Below, piece by piece: positions 36,721 through 47,348 of a stretch of DNA of 59,465 bases; the stretch's first letter is position 1; every line of letters begins with the position of its first letter. Source of the stretch: Clostridia bacterium (GTDB taxonomy: Bacteria > Bacillota > Clostridia > Oscillospirales > CAG-272); the NCBI GenBank assembly GCA_017416205.1, contig JAFQDC010000093.1:1-59465 (forward strand). The letters are read 5' to 3'. The position numbers were made by a program, and so were the translations under genes. The notes beneath the pieces were generated by a model, which did no database searches, was not told where the DNA came from, and saw nothing but the letters and a program-made list of their open reading frames with translations.

Positions 36721-38139
36721 TTAAAATCTGAAGTAGAGGAAGGGATTGTAGGAGGAGTCTACAAGATATGCGGTGCAGATCACCATCATAAGAAGACATC
36801 CCACTGCAATTACTATACGGGCAGGCTTGCCTGTGGTATAGAACTTATAGTAAAGCTTTTTGGGAAGAGGTGTGGATGCGATAGCAAGGATCGCAAGGAA
36901 AGGAAGTGATCGAACAAGGTCAAAGGTCGCTCCCGCCTCTGTAAAGCCAACGGTTCCCACACCAAACATATATCCGAGATGTATCATACCTGCGTGGAGG
37001 TCCTCAAATACGAAGAGGAGCCAACCGAAGAGCACGACGATGAGGGTATAAATATGTGAAACCGCTGCGGGAAGCTTTTTGAGTATCTTGAGAAGGAACG
37101 TCTTCTCGATAAGAAGAAGGATACAGTAATACACTCCCCAAAGAACGTAGTTCCAGCTTGCGCCGTGCCAGAGACCGGTGAGAAGCCATACTACGATGAT
37201 ATTGCGGTATATCTTCCACTTAGTCACACGGTTACCGCCAAGGGGTATGTAAACGTATTCGCGGAACCAGGTTCCCATGGAGATGTGCCAGCGGCGCCAG
37301 AATTCCGTAACGCTCTTTGAAATATAAGGATAAAAGAAGTTTTCCTTGAATGTGAAGCCCAGCATCTTTCCGAGACCGATAGCCATATCGGAATAACCGG
37401 AGAAGTCAAAATAAAGCTGGAATGAATAGAAGATGATTCCGAGCCATGCACCTGCAACGGTGGCATCGGTGGCAGTTCCTGCACGGAAAGCATCCCACAG
37501 CTCACCTGCGCAGTTTGCAAGAAGGATCTTCTTTGCAAAGCCGCAAACGAAGGTGCGCATACCGGAGGCAAACATATCAATGTTATGGGGACGCTTACGG
37601 AGCTGGTCGTCAACGTCCTGATAACGGACGATAGGACCTGCAATAAGCTGAGGGAACAGGGTAACGTATGCGCCGAAGGATGCAATGTTCTTCTGCACCT
37701 TAGCCGTACCCATATAAATATCCAGAGTATAGGACATTGTCTGGAATGTATAGAAGGAGATACCTATGGGAAGCTCAACGTCTGCAAGGGTGGGTATCTG
37801 CTGCAGGAAATCAAGGGGGATGAGCTGAAGATTCTCAACGATGAAGGTATAATACTTAAAGAAGCACAGAATACCAAGGTTTACGATAACGCTGACAAGC
37901 ATTGCCGCCGTGGCTTTCTTCTTATTTGTTTCTCTGTATTTGCCTACAAAATATCCGCAGGTGTAATCCAGACAAATGGAAAACAGCATGATGAATATAT
38001 ATACGGGCTCGCCCCAGCCGTAAAATGCAAGGCTGACGATGAGAAGCACGAAATTCCTGAGGAAATTGGGGACAAGATAATAAATAAGTATCGTCGCCGC
38101 AAAGAAGAGAAACAGGAATTCAAGGGATGAGAATACCAT
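36721..38139 (-). CDS. MBOAT-family O-acyltransferase (AlgI/DltB-like)
   Basis: MVFSS.EFLF, LPIGISFYTFQ, FPQLIAGPIVRY, YFDFSGYSDMAIG, FWRRWHIS, GLWHGA. Confidence 0.95.
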   Translation of the reverse strand: MVFSSLEFLFLFFAATILIYYLVPNFLRNFVLLIVSLAFYGWGEPVYIFIMLFSICLDYTCGYFVGKYRETNKKKATAAMLVSVIVNLGILCFFKYYTFIVENLQLIPLDFLQQIPTLADVELPIGISFYTFQTMSYTLDIYMGTAKVQKNIASFGAYVTLFPQLIAGPIVRYQDVDDQLRKRPHNIDMFASGMRTFVCGFAKKILLANCAGELWDAFRAGTATDATVAGAWLGIIFYSFQLYFDFSGYSDMAIGLGKMLGFTFKENFFYPYISKSVTEFWRRWHISMGTWFREYVYIPLGGNRVTKWKIYRNIIVVWLLTGLWHGASWNYVLWGVYYCILLLIEKTFLLKILKKLPAAVSHIYTLIVVLFGWLLFVFEDLHAGMIHLGYMFGVGTVGFTEAGATFDLVRSLPFLAILAIASTPLPKKLYYKFYTTGKPARIVIAVGCLLMMVICTAYLVDSSYNPFLYFRF

Positions 38140-38367
38140 GGGAGACTCCTTTTTTGATCTTTCTCGGATAAGCTAAACTTAACCAATTAACATTATATCA
38201 CAAGATTGTGAACAAATAAAGAGGATTTTTCGCTCCCTAATGGAATTAACATAGATTTAAAGGATCACATAACGGAGACAATCACGTCATTTAGAAAGGC
38301 TGCTGCATATGAATGCAACAGCCCATATCTGATTCTTTGTTTTTTGTTTAGTGTAAAACTTTTCGCC

Positions 38368-38913
38368 TTACAAAAGCTCCTCGTTATAGCCTGCTCTCTC
38401 GCCACCGATAAACTTCGGGCGGGTGCGGGCCGCAGCTACAAGTGCTTCGCCCACAGTTTTCTGAGAAAGGCGAAGAGGCACGGCAACCTCACGAAGGTGC
38501 ATACCAATAAGAGTAAGGCCGATATCAAGACCTGCATCAGCGCGGATCTTTTCGATAACTACGGGGTCGCAGGCCTCTCTGTATGCCGCAGTTGCAAAGG
38601 AGCCGCCTGCCTTTGGCTTTGGCACTACGTTTACCTCATCGGCAAAGGGAACGGCCGCGCGCTCCACGACGATCGCACGATTCAGATGCTCACAGCACTG
38701 AGCGGCAATATAGATCCCGAGAGGCTCAAAAACACTCTTGAGTCCACGGTAAAGGGCGTCTGCCGCCTCGGGAACGCTTGCGGTTCCGATCTTTGATCCG
38801 CAAACCTCGCTTGTTGAGCAGCCGACAACCACGATATTACCTTTTTTAAGCTTTGCCGCTGATGCAAGCTCTCTTGCAAGGGCCGCCGCTTCATTTTCTA
38901 TCTGAGTATACAT
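38368..38913 (-). CDS. YwlG/UPF0340 (TIGR01440)-family protein
   Basis: VVGCSTSEV.G..IG, AQCCEHLNRA, PKAGGS, GLDIG.TLIGMHL, TRPKFIGGERA. Confidence 0.9.
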   Translation of the reverse strand: MYTQIENEAAALARELASAAKLKKGNIVVVGCSTSEVCGSKIGTASVPEAADALYRGLKSVFEPLGIYIAAQCCEHLNRAIVVERAAVPFADEVNVVPKPKAGGSFATAAYREACDPVVIEKIRADAGLDIGLTLIGMHLREVAVPLRLSQKTVGEALVAAARTRPKFIGGERAGYNEELL

Positions 38914-38915
38914 AT

Positions 38916-41900
38916 TTATCTTCCTTTCTCTTCCGGGGGAGCTACGCTGATCTCTTTGCCAAGAGGCAAAGAATAGATATAGACCTCATCTATAGTCTTT
39001 CCAAGCATCCTCTCGCATATCTCCTTATAGAGGAGAAGCTGGCGGGAATGCCTTGAAAGAAGCTTTTTTCTTGCAAGGTCCTCGTTTTCAAGCTCTTCTT
39101 TCGTAAGCCTGTCCGTCTTATAGTCAAGAAGAACGCACCTTCCCTCGCTGTCTGTAAATATACAGTCAACAACGCCCTGCACCGTAAGGCAGGTTCCGTC
39201 AGCCAAAAGCTTTGCTTTAAGCTCTTTATCCGTTGTGAAATCTGCTGCAGGCAAAAGAGTATTGAATCGCCTCTCGCGCATAATATCCTTGCAGGAAAGT
39301 ATCCTCTTCATCATCCCGCTTTTTCTGAAAAGCTCAATTTCAGAAAGGCGCACAAGGTCTGCATCCTCCTTTGATATGAATCGCTTTGAAACAAGGCGAC
39401 AAAGCTCCGCCTCCACACCCGCTTCAAAAAGATTCTTATAATCGCAAAACTGCATAAACAGGTGGGTAGCAGTACCCAGAGCCGCGCCGTCCTTCTTTTC
39501 TGACGAAAGAAAAGCGGGGACGGGAGCGCTTTCAGGCATATACACGGTATAGGGCGCGTCGATATAGGAGCTTTCCTCCTCATCACGGCCGAGAATATCC
39601 GGCTTCAGCACGGATACCGTCAGCTTTGCGGGGATATTCCAAAGATACTCCTTATCGTAGGAGAAATCAAGGGCTTTTTCAAAAAAGGCTGAAAGATCAT
39701 CACTTTTTTTATCCTTATCTCCATTCGCGGCAAAGGAACATGGCACGATATCCTCGGCATTTTTATAAGCAAAGCACTTTCCCTCACCCTCTGCCTGCAG
39801 GCTGTCGATGATCCAGTCAAGATACGACGGCGTGGAAAGCAGAGAATATGAATTTTGGAAAAGCTCAGATTTTTTCGATCCCTCCGCAAGTCGCTTCATA
39901 GGATCCTTATGTCGGCAGGTGACGATAAGGCGCTCTCGCGCTCTTGTCATTGCAACGTAGAGAACTCTTGCCTCTTCGTTTATGTTGGTATATTTTATGC
40001 CGTACACAAGAGAAGCTCTGAGGGGAGTATCACATCTCACAAGTCCCTTTGAATCATAAAGCTTCATTGCCACTCTGCCCTGTCTGTCCATCAGGAATTT
40101 TTCTCTGGCATCGCTTTCGTTAAATTTCTTCTGAGTATCGCAAAGGAAGCATATGGGATATTCCAGACCCTTTGAGCGGTGGATGGTGAGAATAGTGACG
40201 CTGTCGGGATCGGCAAAGGTCTTTGAGGAGTCCTTTTTCTCGATCACGCTGTTCAAATGAAGAATAAGATCGTGGAGAGAGCCGCCCTGACCTGCCACCC
40301 TTGCGGCGTGCTCGGAAAGGATCTTCAGGCTTCTTGCAACGTCCTTATTCGTTCTCACACCGTCTCCGCCGTAGGTGCGAAGAGAGGTATCGGAAACGAT
40401 AAGCCGCATAACCTCATCACAGTAAAGCTCACGGGCATAGTCTCTCCATTTATCCACGGTATTTTTAAATGCCTTGCACTTTTCACGGAGTTCTGCATCC
40501 TGTCCGCCCTCGGAATAAGAGATAAGAGAATACCAAAGGGGCACCTGGGTGCTTTCTCTCATATTAACAAGATCGTTGAGAGTAAAGCCGAAAAGGGGGC
40601 TTTTCATTGCTCCCGCGAGATAAATGTCTCTGAGAGGATTATCTGCCACGTTGAGAAGACAAAGAACGAGAAGCACTTCTCCGTAGGAGAAGAAATCCTC
40701 GGTTGCCGAGTTGTTTGCGAGGATACCCAGCTTTGCAAGAGCTCTCACGTAATCGTCGGCCTTGGTGCCGCTTCTGAGAAGAATGGCAATATCTCCGGGG
40801 CGAACCTTAGAGCCGTCGTTCAATTTATCATTTGCCAATATCTCGCTTATACGGGCGGCAGTATATTCGGCCTCAGACGGAAGGGGCTCACCCTCGCTGT
40901 CTTGAGTTTTGCAAAGTATGACCTCGCAGATATTTTGGCTGTCACCGCCCACCTTTGAGCAAACCAGCCTGTCGGTCTCTTCAAAGGTGGTATCCGTGTG
41001 CTTGAAAATATACTGCGATACCGCATTTGAAAAATCAATAACGCACTTATCGCTTCGGAAGTTTTCCTGCATAAAGATGGCGGCGCTGTCTTCGGAATCC
41101 TTTGAATAAATGTCTCTGTACGAAGCAAAATACTCGGGGCAGGAGCCTCTGAAGCCGTAGATAGACTGCTTTTCATCTCCAACCATGAACCTTTTCGACG
41201 GCCTTGCAAGAACTGTAAATATGCTGTCCTGAATACGGTTTGTATCCTGATATTCGTCGATAAATATATAGTCGTATTTTTTGGATACCTCAATTGCCGC
41301 CTGAGTGGGAAGGGTCTCATTCACAACGAAAAGGCGATAAGCAAGAGTTGAAAGGTCTGAAAAATCAAGAGCTCCCTTTTCCCGCTTCAATTGGGCATAA
41401 TTTTCAAAATATACGGAGCAGACCCTTACAAGAGTTTTCGTAAGAGTCCCGGTCTTCTCCATTGCCACGTCCATAGCGGACGTATCACAGGAGAAGCAAT
41501 CGGCTCGGATCGTCTTTATTTTTTCTGAAAACTCTGAGCGAAGCGCCTTATAAGTTATATAATCATCCGTCTGCAATTCAGACTTGAGAGATGCAAGACG
41601 GCCCATTTCAAAGCTTTCGATATATTCCTTTGCGGTATAATAGCGGCTTGTGCCTGGGTTTATGAATATTTTAACAAAGCCTCTCGTCCACTCGGCAAGA
41701 GTTTTTGCACCCTCAGCATACTTTGCAGTATCGGGGTTTTCCGAAAGACGTTCTGCAATAAAGGAAAAATGCTCAAGATAATATCTGCCCATTTCCCATA
41801 CATATTCACAAAGGGGCCCGGAATACTCCGTTTCAAAAAAGTCATGAGCCGCAAGAAGCTCCTCAGCCCGGTCTTCAATTTCGGAAAGCTCGATGCCGTG

Positions 41901-42470
41901 AGAAAGGATCTCCTGAGCGATACTAAGCAGAGCTTCCTTCAGATCGTTTTCATTTCTTGCGTTTGAAAGACAATCTGCAAGATCGAAAAACTCCTCCTTT
42001 GATACCTCATCGTATTTTCCCTCAAAAAAGCCCTGCACCGTATCGCTGACAGCCTCGCGGCGGAGTATTTCCGCCTCGGCCTCGTCAAGTATGGAAAAAT
42101 CGGGGGAGATATTAAGAAGTGAAAAATACGGCTTTATCTCAGACTTGAAAAAGCTGTCGATAGTGGATATATGAGCTCCCTCAAGAGAAGAGAGCTGACG
42201 GGTGAGAAGGGAGTTCTTCGGGTCATCCGCAATGGCGCGGTTGAGTGCGTCGGCAATTCGGCTCTTCAGCTCTCCCGCGGCGGCAGTGGTGAAGGTAACG
42301 ATAAGCATTCTCTTTATATCAGCGCCGCTTTCGGGATCCTTTAAGAGTCGGATTATCCTCTCGGTGAGAGTTGCGGTCTTACCGCTTCCCGCAGCCGCTG
42401 AAATAATAAGATTTTTTCCTTTATAGTTTATAGCCTCAAGCTGAGAGGCAGTCCATCTGCGCTCACTCAT
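38916..42470 (-). CDS. addA: ATP-dependent helicase/nuclease subunit A
   Basis: SAAAGSGKT, VTFT, ISTIDSF, IDEYQD, VGDEKQSIYGFRG, ENFRS, TIHRSKGLE, LYVAMTRA, QGVVD..LDYKT. Confidence 0.95.
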   Translation of the reverse strand: MSERRWTASQLEAINYKGKNLIISAAAGSGKTATLTERIIRLLKDPESGADIKRMLIVTFTTAAAGELKSRIADALNRAIADDPKNSLLTRQLSSLEGAHISTIDSFFKSEIKPYFSLLNISPDFSILDEAEAEILRREAVSDTVQGFFEGKYDEVSKEEFFDLADCLSNARNENDLKEALLSIAQEILSHGIELSEIEDRAEELLAAHDFFETEYSGPLCEYVWEMGRYYLEHFSFIAERLSENPDTAKYAEGAKTLAEWTRGFVKIFINPGTSRYYTAKEYIESFEMGRLASLKSELQTDDYITYKALRSEFSEKIKTIRADCFSCDTSAMDVAMEKTGTLTKTLVRVCSVYFENYAQLKREKGALDFSDLSTLAYRLFVVNETLPTQAAIEVSKKYDYIFIDEYQDTNRIQDSIFTVLARPSKRFMVGDEKQSIYGFRGSCPEYFASYRDIYSKDSEDSAAIFMQENFRSDKCVIDFSNAVSQYIFKHTDTTFEETDRLVCSKVGGDSQNICEVILCKTQDSEGEPLPSEAEYTAARISEILANDKLNDGSKVRPGDIAILLRSGTKADDYVRALAKLGILANNSATEDFFSYGEVLLVLCLLNVADNPLRDIYLAGAMKSPLFGFTLNDLVNMRESTQVPLWYSLISYSEGGQDAELREKCKAFKNTVDKWRDYARELYCDEVMRLIVSDTSLRTYGGDGVRTNKDVARSLKILSEHAARVAGQGGSLHDLILHLNSVIEKKDSSKTFADPDSVTILTIHRSKGLEYPICFLCDTQKKFNESDAREKFLMDRQGRVAMKLYDSKGLVRCDTPLRASLVYGIKYTNINEEARVLYVAMTRARERLIVTCRHKDPMKRLAEGSKKSELFQNSYSLLSTPSYLDWIIDSLQAEGEGKCFAYKNAEDIVPCSFAANGDKDKKSDDLSAFFEKALDFSYDKEYLWNIPAKLTVSVLKPDILGRDEEESSYIDAPYTVYMPESAPVPAFLSSEKKDGAALGTATHLFMQFCDYKNLFEAGVEAELCRLVSKRFISKEDADLVRLSEIELFRKSGMMKRILSCKDIMRERRFNTLLPAADFTTDKELKAKLLADGTCLTVQGVVDCIFTDSEGRCVLLDYKTDRLTKEELENEDLARKKLLSRHSRQLLLYKEICERMLGKTIDEVYIYSLPLGKEISVAPPEEKGR

Positions 42471-45400
42471 TGCCTTCCCCTCCCTTCTCATCAATTTTCG
42501 GTGCGTGCTCGTTGTGCCTGCAAATGGGAAGCATTTTACAGTATTCGCAGGGAGACGAGCTCTTAAAGCCTATAGGATCGCTTGCAGCCTTACCGCCGAC
42601 AAGGCTGTTTCCTACTTCTGAAAGGAACGTATCAATAGCCCCCTCGATCTCTCTGAAGGCTTCAACGCTTTCTGCAAAGCTGCCCTTGAGGTTATTTTTT
42701 GCGCCAATGGAAACGGGAGCGTATTTTCCCGATATCTCCTTATCCATAGCGCTTATAACGTCAAGATCTCCGAGAACTATACCAGTTCTCGATATTGCAT
42801 CAAGGGCAAAATCCTCAGATTCTGCGTCATCCATAAAGCTGTCGGAAAGTATATCTCCCGGACGGGCCGAAAAATATACGGCTCCCGCGGGCAGGATATC
42901 CTCGCCGCCAGGCGCAAGCTCTTTTCTGTATGAGCAGTCCTTTGGCATATTGCAAAGGGAGAAAAGATACAAAAGAAGCTGTATATTGTGTCCGCGGAGA
43001 ACGTCCTTTAGGGAAAAGCTCTTGCTTCCCGTTTTATAGTCTGCAACTCTTATATAGACCTTTCCGTCGCGCCTCAGAATATCAACTCTGTCAACGATGC
43101 CGCGAACAGTCAGGCTATGGCCGTTTGAAAGAGGCCTTTTCTCTGCGGGAAGCTCCTCTGTGAATCCCACGGGAAGCTCAAAGCTGTATGGGGTGAAGCT
43201 GCTCTGAGAAAACTCCTCGTTCAGAGAGCGGGCAAACAAGCGTATACTCTTTGAAAGGCGGTTGAATATATAATCGGTCTGGCCGTTTTTATCATCGGGG
43301 GCAATTTTTGCGCGGTAGTCTGAGATCAGCCTGTCGCACATTTCGTAAAGCCTTGCCTCTTCAACGGGGAACGAGGCAGTCTCTGAAATCTCCCTCATAA
43401 GATTTTCAAGAATAGCGTGAACGAATGTGCCCACCTCACCGGGTCTCAGCTCTGCTCTCTCTCCCTCATCAAGCTTCAGTATATATCTGCAATAATAGCT
43501 GAAGGCGCAGGAGGTGAAGCATTCTATTCTCGACTGAGTTAAGCTGATATCACAATCAAAGAGCTTTTTCTGAGCCGCCCCCGTTACTCTGTCGTTATCG
43601 GCGGAAAGAGGATAAAGTGTCTCATCCCCTCCGTTCTTGCTCCAGCCTCTTATTGCCTCCTCGCCCTCGGGGGAGGTGAAATCAAAGGTGCGGCAATTTG
43701 GGAAAAGCTTCATAAGTCTCAGGGCCCCGAGAGAAGGATGGCAGGCATCCCCGTCTGCGGGGATGATCACAGTCAGGCTCTCGCAGGGAGCCGCCACCGT
43801 TTGCGCAAAGCGGAAAAGCTCCTCATTCTGACGGGATGAGCTATCGGGAGAAAGCTCGATTCCCATATCCTTTAGTATTTTTTTATCGTTATCGCTGAAA
43901 AATCCGTCGTCCTTGGGAACGCGGGGAAACTCTCCGCTTTTTGCTCCGAGAACGATCAAGTGCTTGATGCCGTCGAGGCGAACGCTTCCTACACTTCCGA
44001 GAGCCACTCTGTCAATACCGTCGGGGATAGTACCGATAGTCAGGGTATCTCCGATGCGGCTGAGAAGTGACAAAAAGCGGGGAGCGTCGCAAGTGCCGTC
44101 GGGCACGCAAAGGGCAAGAGTATCAAGAAGCTTCAGTATCACGCCGTATACCTGAGATTTCTTCTGCGCATCTGCAAATCGGCCTGCCCTTTCAAGGGCG
44201 ACAGCTTCACTTTTTAAGCTTTCGTATACTCCGAAATCGCAAAGAAGCTTGTAAGAAGCTGAGCAGATATCCTTTATAGATCCGGGGAAGGCCTCACTGA
44301 AGGCTTCAAGAGGGGGGATCAGCTTTTCTCTTGCGCTGTTTGCAAGAGAGAGAAGCTCCCGTCCCCATCGGCTCTCGCTCTCAGTATATCCGTCTGCATT
44401 CATTTCCCATCCGTCGGGAGTGCAGAACTTCTTTTTGCCCCGAATGCTCCATTTATCCGTATACATTTCAAGAGCATCGGTCTCGTCACTTGAAAGCGAG
44501 CAAAGGCCTGTTCTTGCGGCGGCAATAACGTCCTCCGATCTCCATCCTCTTGCAACTATCCGTACTGCAGATAGAAGCAGTCGTGCCGCAGGCTGGCTCG
44601 TTACGGGAGTTTTTCCCGCAACGTATACGGGAATACCGTAGCGCCAAAGCTCCGCATCGGTAATACCGCGAAGGGACTCAAAATCAGCGCACACCACGGC
44701 AATATCTGAAAAAGAAGCGCCCGCGCTGACTATATCCTTGATTTTTGCGGCGGCAAGAGATGCTTCGTCATATCTGTCTGAGCATTTGATCACGCAAACG
44801 GCATCGGTAGCCTTGCGGTAAGGCTCTGAAGAAAAATCCCAGAGAGCGCGGGACATATATTCAAACTCAACTTTTCTCGTATCCCCTCTGTCCGTGATCT
44901 TTATTTCATATCCGAGAGACGAAGCGCATCGCGCCATATCCTTGACATAATCAAAAATAAAGCTTACGTGGGGCATATCCCTGTCCCCTCTTGCCATTGC
45001 AAAGGTAGCATAAAAGTCGTCTGCCTGACTCATTATCAGGCGGACTACCTTCATTTCCTTTGGGGTCAGAGTATAAAACGAGTCAAGAAAAACACAGCTG
45101 CCCCCGAAATAATCGTTATTTGAAAGCACGTCTGCAAGAGCATCGGGTATCTCCTCGGGGTCATCGTATGACGAGTGGAGGAGCGTATCGTAAGCCGACG
45201 AAATAAGGGCAAGATCGTGAAGACGGCCTGAAAGAGAGCCCTTTTCCTCGCCGAGCATCTCTGAGGCCCTTGCAATATCCTCGTCCCCAATGCCGTAAAG
45301 CCGAAGCTCACTGCGGGCTCTGAGCATTAAGGGAACGTATCTGTCCTCTCTTTTGGAGGAGCCGAAAACCCGAAGCCCCTCGCTGACTCCGTTGAGAGCA

Positions 45401-45681
45401 CTCCACATAAGAAGAAGCTTCTCCGAATCGGTAACGTATCTCTTTGCGCTACCGCCGAAGCGGCGAAAAACGCTGTCAGCAAGTCGGGTAAAGCTGACAG
45501 TTTCAATATTGAATGCGTCTGTGGGAGAAAAGCGCTTTGCCGTCAGCGTATCCCAGAAAAGCGCCTGATGCTCGGGTATAAGAAGGACGGCCTTTTTGCC
45601 GTTTTTAAGGCATTCCTTCATTTTTTCGATTATATATTCAGTTTTCTGCGTTGCCTCGCGGCCGAAAATGAATTCTATCAA
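42463..45681 (-). CDS. addB: ATP-dependent helicase/nuclease subunit B
   Basis: LIPEHQ, SFTRLA, C-terminal PD-(D/E)xK nuclease RGIVDRVD..ADYKT and Fe-S cysteines C..CEYC.....C; overlaps the addA start. Confidence 0.92.
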   Translation of the reverse strand: MIEFIFGREATQKTEYIIEKMKECLKNGKKAVLLIPEHQALFWDTLTAKRFSPTDAFNIETVSFTRLADSVFRRFGGSAKRYVTDSEKLLLMWSALNGVSEGLRVFGSSKREDRYVPLMLRARSELRLYGIGDEDIARASEMLGEEKGSLSGRLHDLALISSAYDTLLHSSYDDPEEIPDALADVLSNNDYFGGSCVFLDSFYTLTPKEMKVVRLIMSQADDFYATFAMARGDRDMPHVSFIFDYVKDMARCASSLGYEIKITDRGDTRKVEFEYMSRALWDFSSEPYRKATDAVCVIKCSDRYDEASLAAAKIKDIVSAGASFSDIAVVCADFESLRGITDAELWRYGIPVYVAGKTPVTSQPAARLLLSAVRIVARGWRSEDVIAAARTGLCSLSSDETDALEMYTDKWSIRGKKKFCTPDGWEMNADGYTESESRWGRELLSLANSAREKLIPPLEAFSEAFPGSIKDICSASYKLLCDFGVYESLKSEAVALERAGRFADAQKKSQVYGVILKLLDTLALCVPDGTCDAPRFLSLLSRIGDTLTIGTIPDGIDRVALGSVGSVRLDGIKHLIVLGAKSGEFPRVPKDDGFFSDNDKKILKDMGIELSPDSSSRQNEELFRFAQTVAAPCESLTVIIPADGDACHPSLGALRLMKLFPNCRTFDFTSPEGEEAIRGWSKNGGDETLYPLSADNDRVTGAAQKKLFDCDISLTQSRIECFTSCAFSYYCRYILKLDEGERAELRPGEVGTFVHAILENLMREISETASFPVEEARLYEMCDRLISDYRAKIAPDDKNGQTDYIFNRLSKSIRLFARSLNEEFSQSSFTPYSFELPVGFTEELPAEKRPLSNGHSLTVRGIVDRVDILRRDGKVYIRVADYKTGSKSFSLKDVLRGHNIQLLLYLFSLCNMPKDCSYRKELAPGGEDILPAGAVYFSARPGDILSDSFMDDAESEDFALDAISRTGIVLGDLDVISAMDKEISGKYAPVSIGAKNNLKGSFAESVEAFREIEGAIDTFLSEVGNSLVGGKAASDPIGFKSSSPCEYCKMLPICRHNEHAPKIDEKGGEGNE

Positions 45682-46520
45682 GACTCCTTCTCCTTTCCCG
45701 AAAGTATTCTGATATTTCGCTCAACAGGCCCTCTTTTTCGCCATGCGAAGGGGTATTTTTTGAAGGCTTCATTATCCATTTTTGGTATTATTTCAAAGGG
45801 GTCGCCCTCAATAAGTGAGCTTTTAAAATAATCAATTTTTGTATATATGGTCTTATTCTCAATTGCCTTTTTCGTATAAGGACACACAATCTGGCAGATA
45901 TCGCATCCCCAGATGCTGTTTGCAAAGATCAAAGCGTCAGCTTCGCTTTCCGAAAGGTCGCCCTTTTTCTGAGTTATTGAAGAGATACAGCCCTCTCGCT
46001 CTGCCGTGCCGCAAACCCGAGAAGGGCAGGCACTTTTGCAAAGGCCGCACGCTTTGCAGCGAGCAATACTTCCCGCTCCCTCGGGGATGCCCTCAGAAAT
46101 CAGCTCGCCCCTTGAAAGATCCGTTATTATCTCACCGATAAACACGAATGAGGAATACTTATCGTTTATGAGAAGAGAATTTTCGCCCAAGACCCCAAGC
46201 CCTGCCCTTGCGGCACCGTCACACTCAAGAAGCGGGGAATGATCGGCAAAGGCGGCAAAAAAACGATTGGGATAGGCCTCTTTAAAATATTCTTCAACGG
46301 CCGCAAAGACTTCCCTTGCAAAAAAGTGATAATCGTGAACGGCGGCGTATTTCGATAAATTCCCCGCTCCGCCCTCGGTATAATAAGGAATAAGCAGAAA
46401 AATTGCGTTGCAGCCATCGGGAAGAGAGGCATAAAGGCGCTCGTTTGCAACAGAGCAGGCACTTACGGGCACGAAAGCAAAGCTGTCTATTCCAAAACCC
46501 AAAAGAATGTTGTCTATCAT
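45678..46520 (-). CDS. epoxyqueuosine reductase-like 4Fe-4S protein (QueG/DUF1730 family)
   Basis: SKYA..DYH, AGLG.LGEN.L, FIGEII, CKACGLCKSACP, WGCDICQIVCP. Confidence 0.82.
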   Translation of the reverse strand: MIDNILLGFGIDSFAFVPVSACSVANERLYASLPDGCNAIFLLIPYYTEGGAGNLSKYAAVHDYHFFAREVFAAVEEYFKEAYPNRFFAAFADHSPLLECDGAARAGLGVLGENSLLINDKYSSFVFIGEIITDLSRGELISEGIPEGAGSIARCKACGLCKSACPSRVCGTAEREGCISSITQKKGDLSESEADALIFANSIWGCDICQIVCPYTKKAIENKTIYTKIDYFKSSLIEGDPFEIIPKMDNEAFKKYPFAWRKRGPVERNIRILSGKEKES

Positions 46521-46708
46521 TTTCCTGCCTCCCTTTTTATTATAACAGAATAATTATACCAAAAAGGGGACACATAATCAACATAACCAAGGAAAGACAT
46601 GGAAATTTTAACACATTGTTATTGAATATGAGAGAAAGGTGTGATATAATGAGCTGTAATAATGACGACGCAAAAGCGTCAAACGAACAGAAAGGACCCG
46701 AAAAAGAT

Positions 46709-47272
46709 ATGGCAAAAAAGACACACGGCGGAGAAGAGATCGATCGCTCCGTCTATTCTACCAACTACACAGAGTTTACCCTTAAGAAGAAGGCTGACGC
46801 TAAGATCACCCTTGTAAGACTGCTTATGCTCGTTGTTTACATAGGCATTCCTGTGATCGTTTTCACAAAGGCTTGGTATCTCGGCGCGCTTACCTTCCTT
46901 GCGGTTGCTATCGCATGGTACTTCACATGGCCCTTCACCAACATCGAGTATGAATATACTCTTTCCTCCGGTGACTGGAAATTCGTTAAAAATTACGGCC
47001 AGAGAAAGCACATCACAGTTCTTGACAAGAAGATCAAGGATATGAAGATCATCGCTCCCTATACTGAGGAGAACAAGCAGAAGTTCACAAAGTTTGCAAA
47101 GACATACGACTTCAGAAAGAGCCCCAAGCACACAGAGGACATCTATATGGCAGTTTTCGAGGAAAACGGCGCTGACAATCTTATTCTCTTCCAGTGCACA
47201 AACAAGGCACTCAAGATCTTCCAGAGCTACAACAAGCAGAACACCGTTGCTGTTGACACTCTCCACTATTAA
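46709..47272 (+). CDS. two-TM membrane protein (DUF6106-like)
   Basis: Two TM helices followed by IEYEY; start at ATG 46709 behind AAAGGA. Confidence 0.65.
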   Translation: MAKKTHGGEEIDRSVYSTNYTEFTLKKKADAKITLVRLLMLVVYIGIPVIVFTKAWYLGALTFLAVAIAWYFTWPFTNIEYEYTLSSGDWKFVKNYGQRKHITVLDKKIKDMKIIAPYTEENKQKFTKFAKTYDFRKSPKHTEDIYMAVFEENGADNLILFQCTNKALKIFQSYNKQNTVAVDTLHY

Positions 47273-47348
47273 TTTTTATTGTCAATAACCGAGAATTAAA
47301 AAGCGATCCCCTGCATATGCTTTACAGAACATATGCAGGGGGGTTTTT

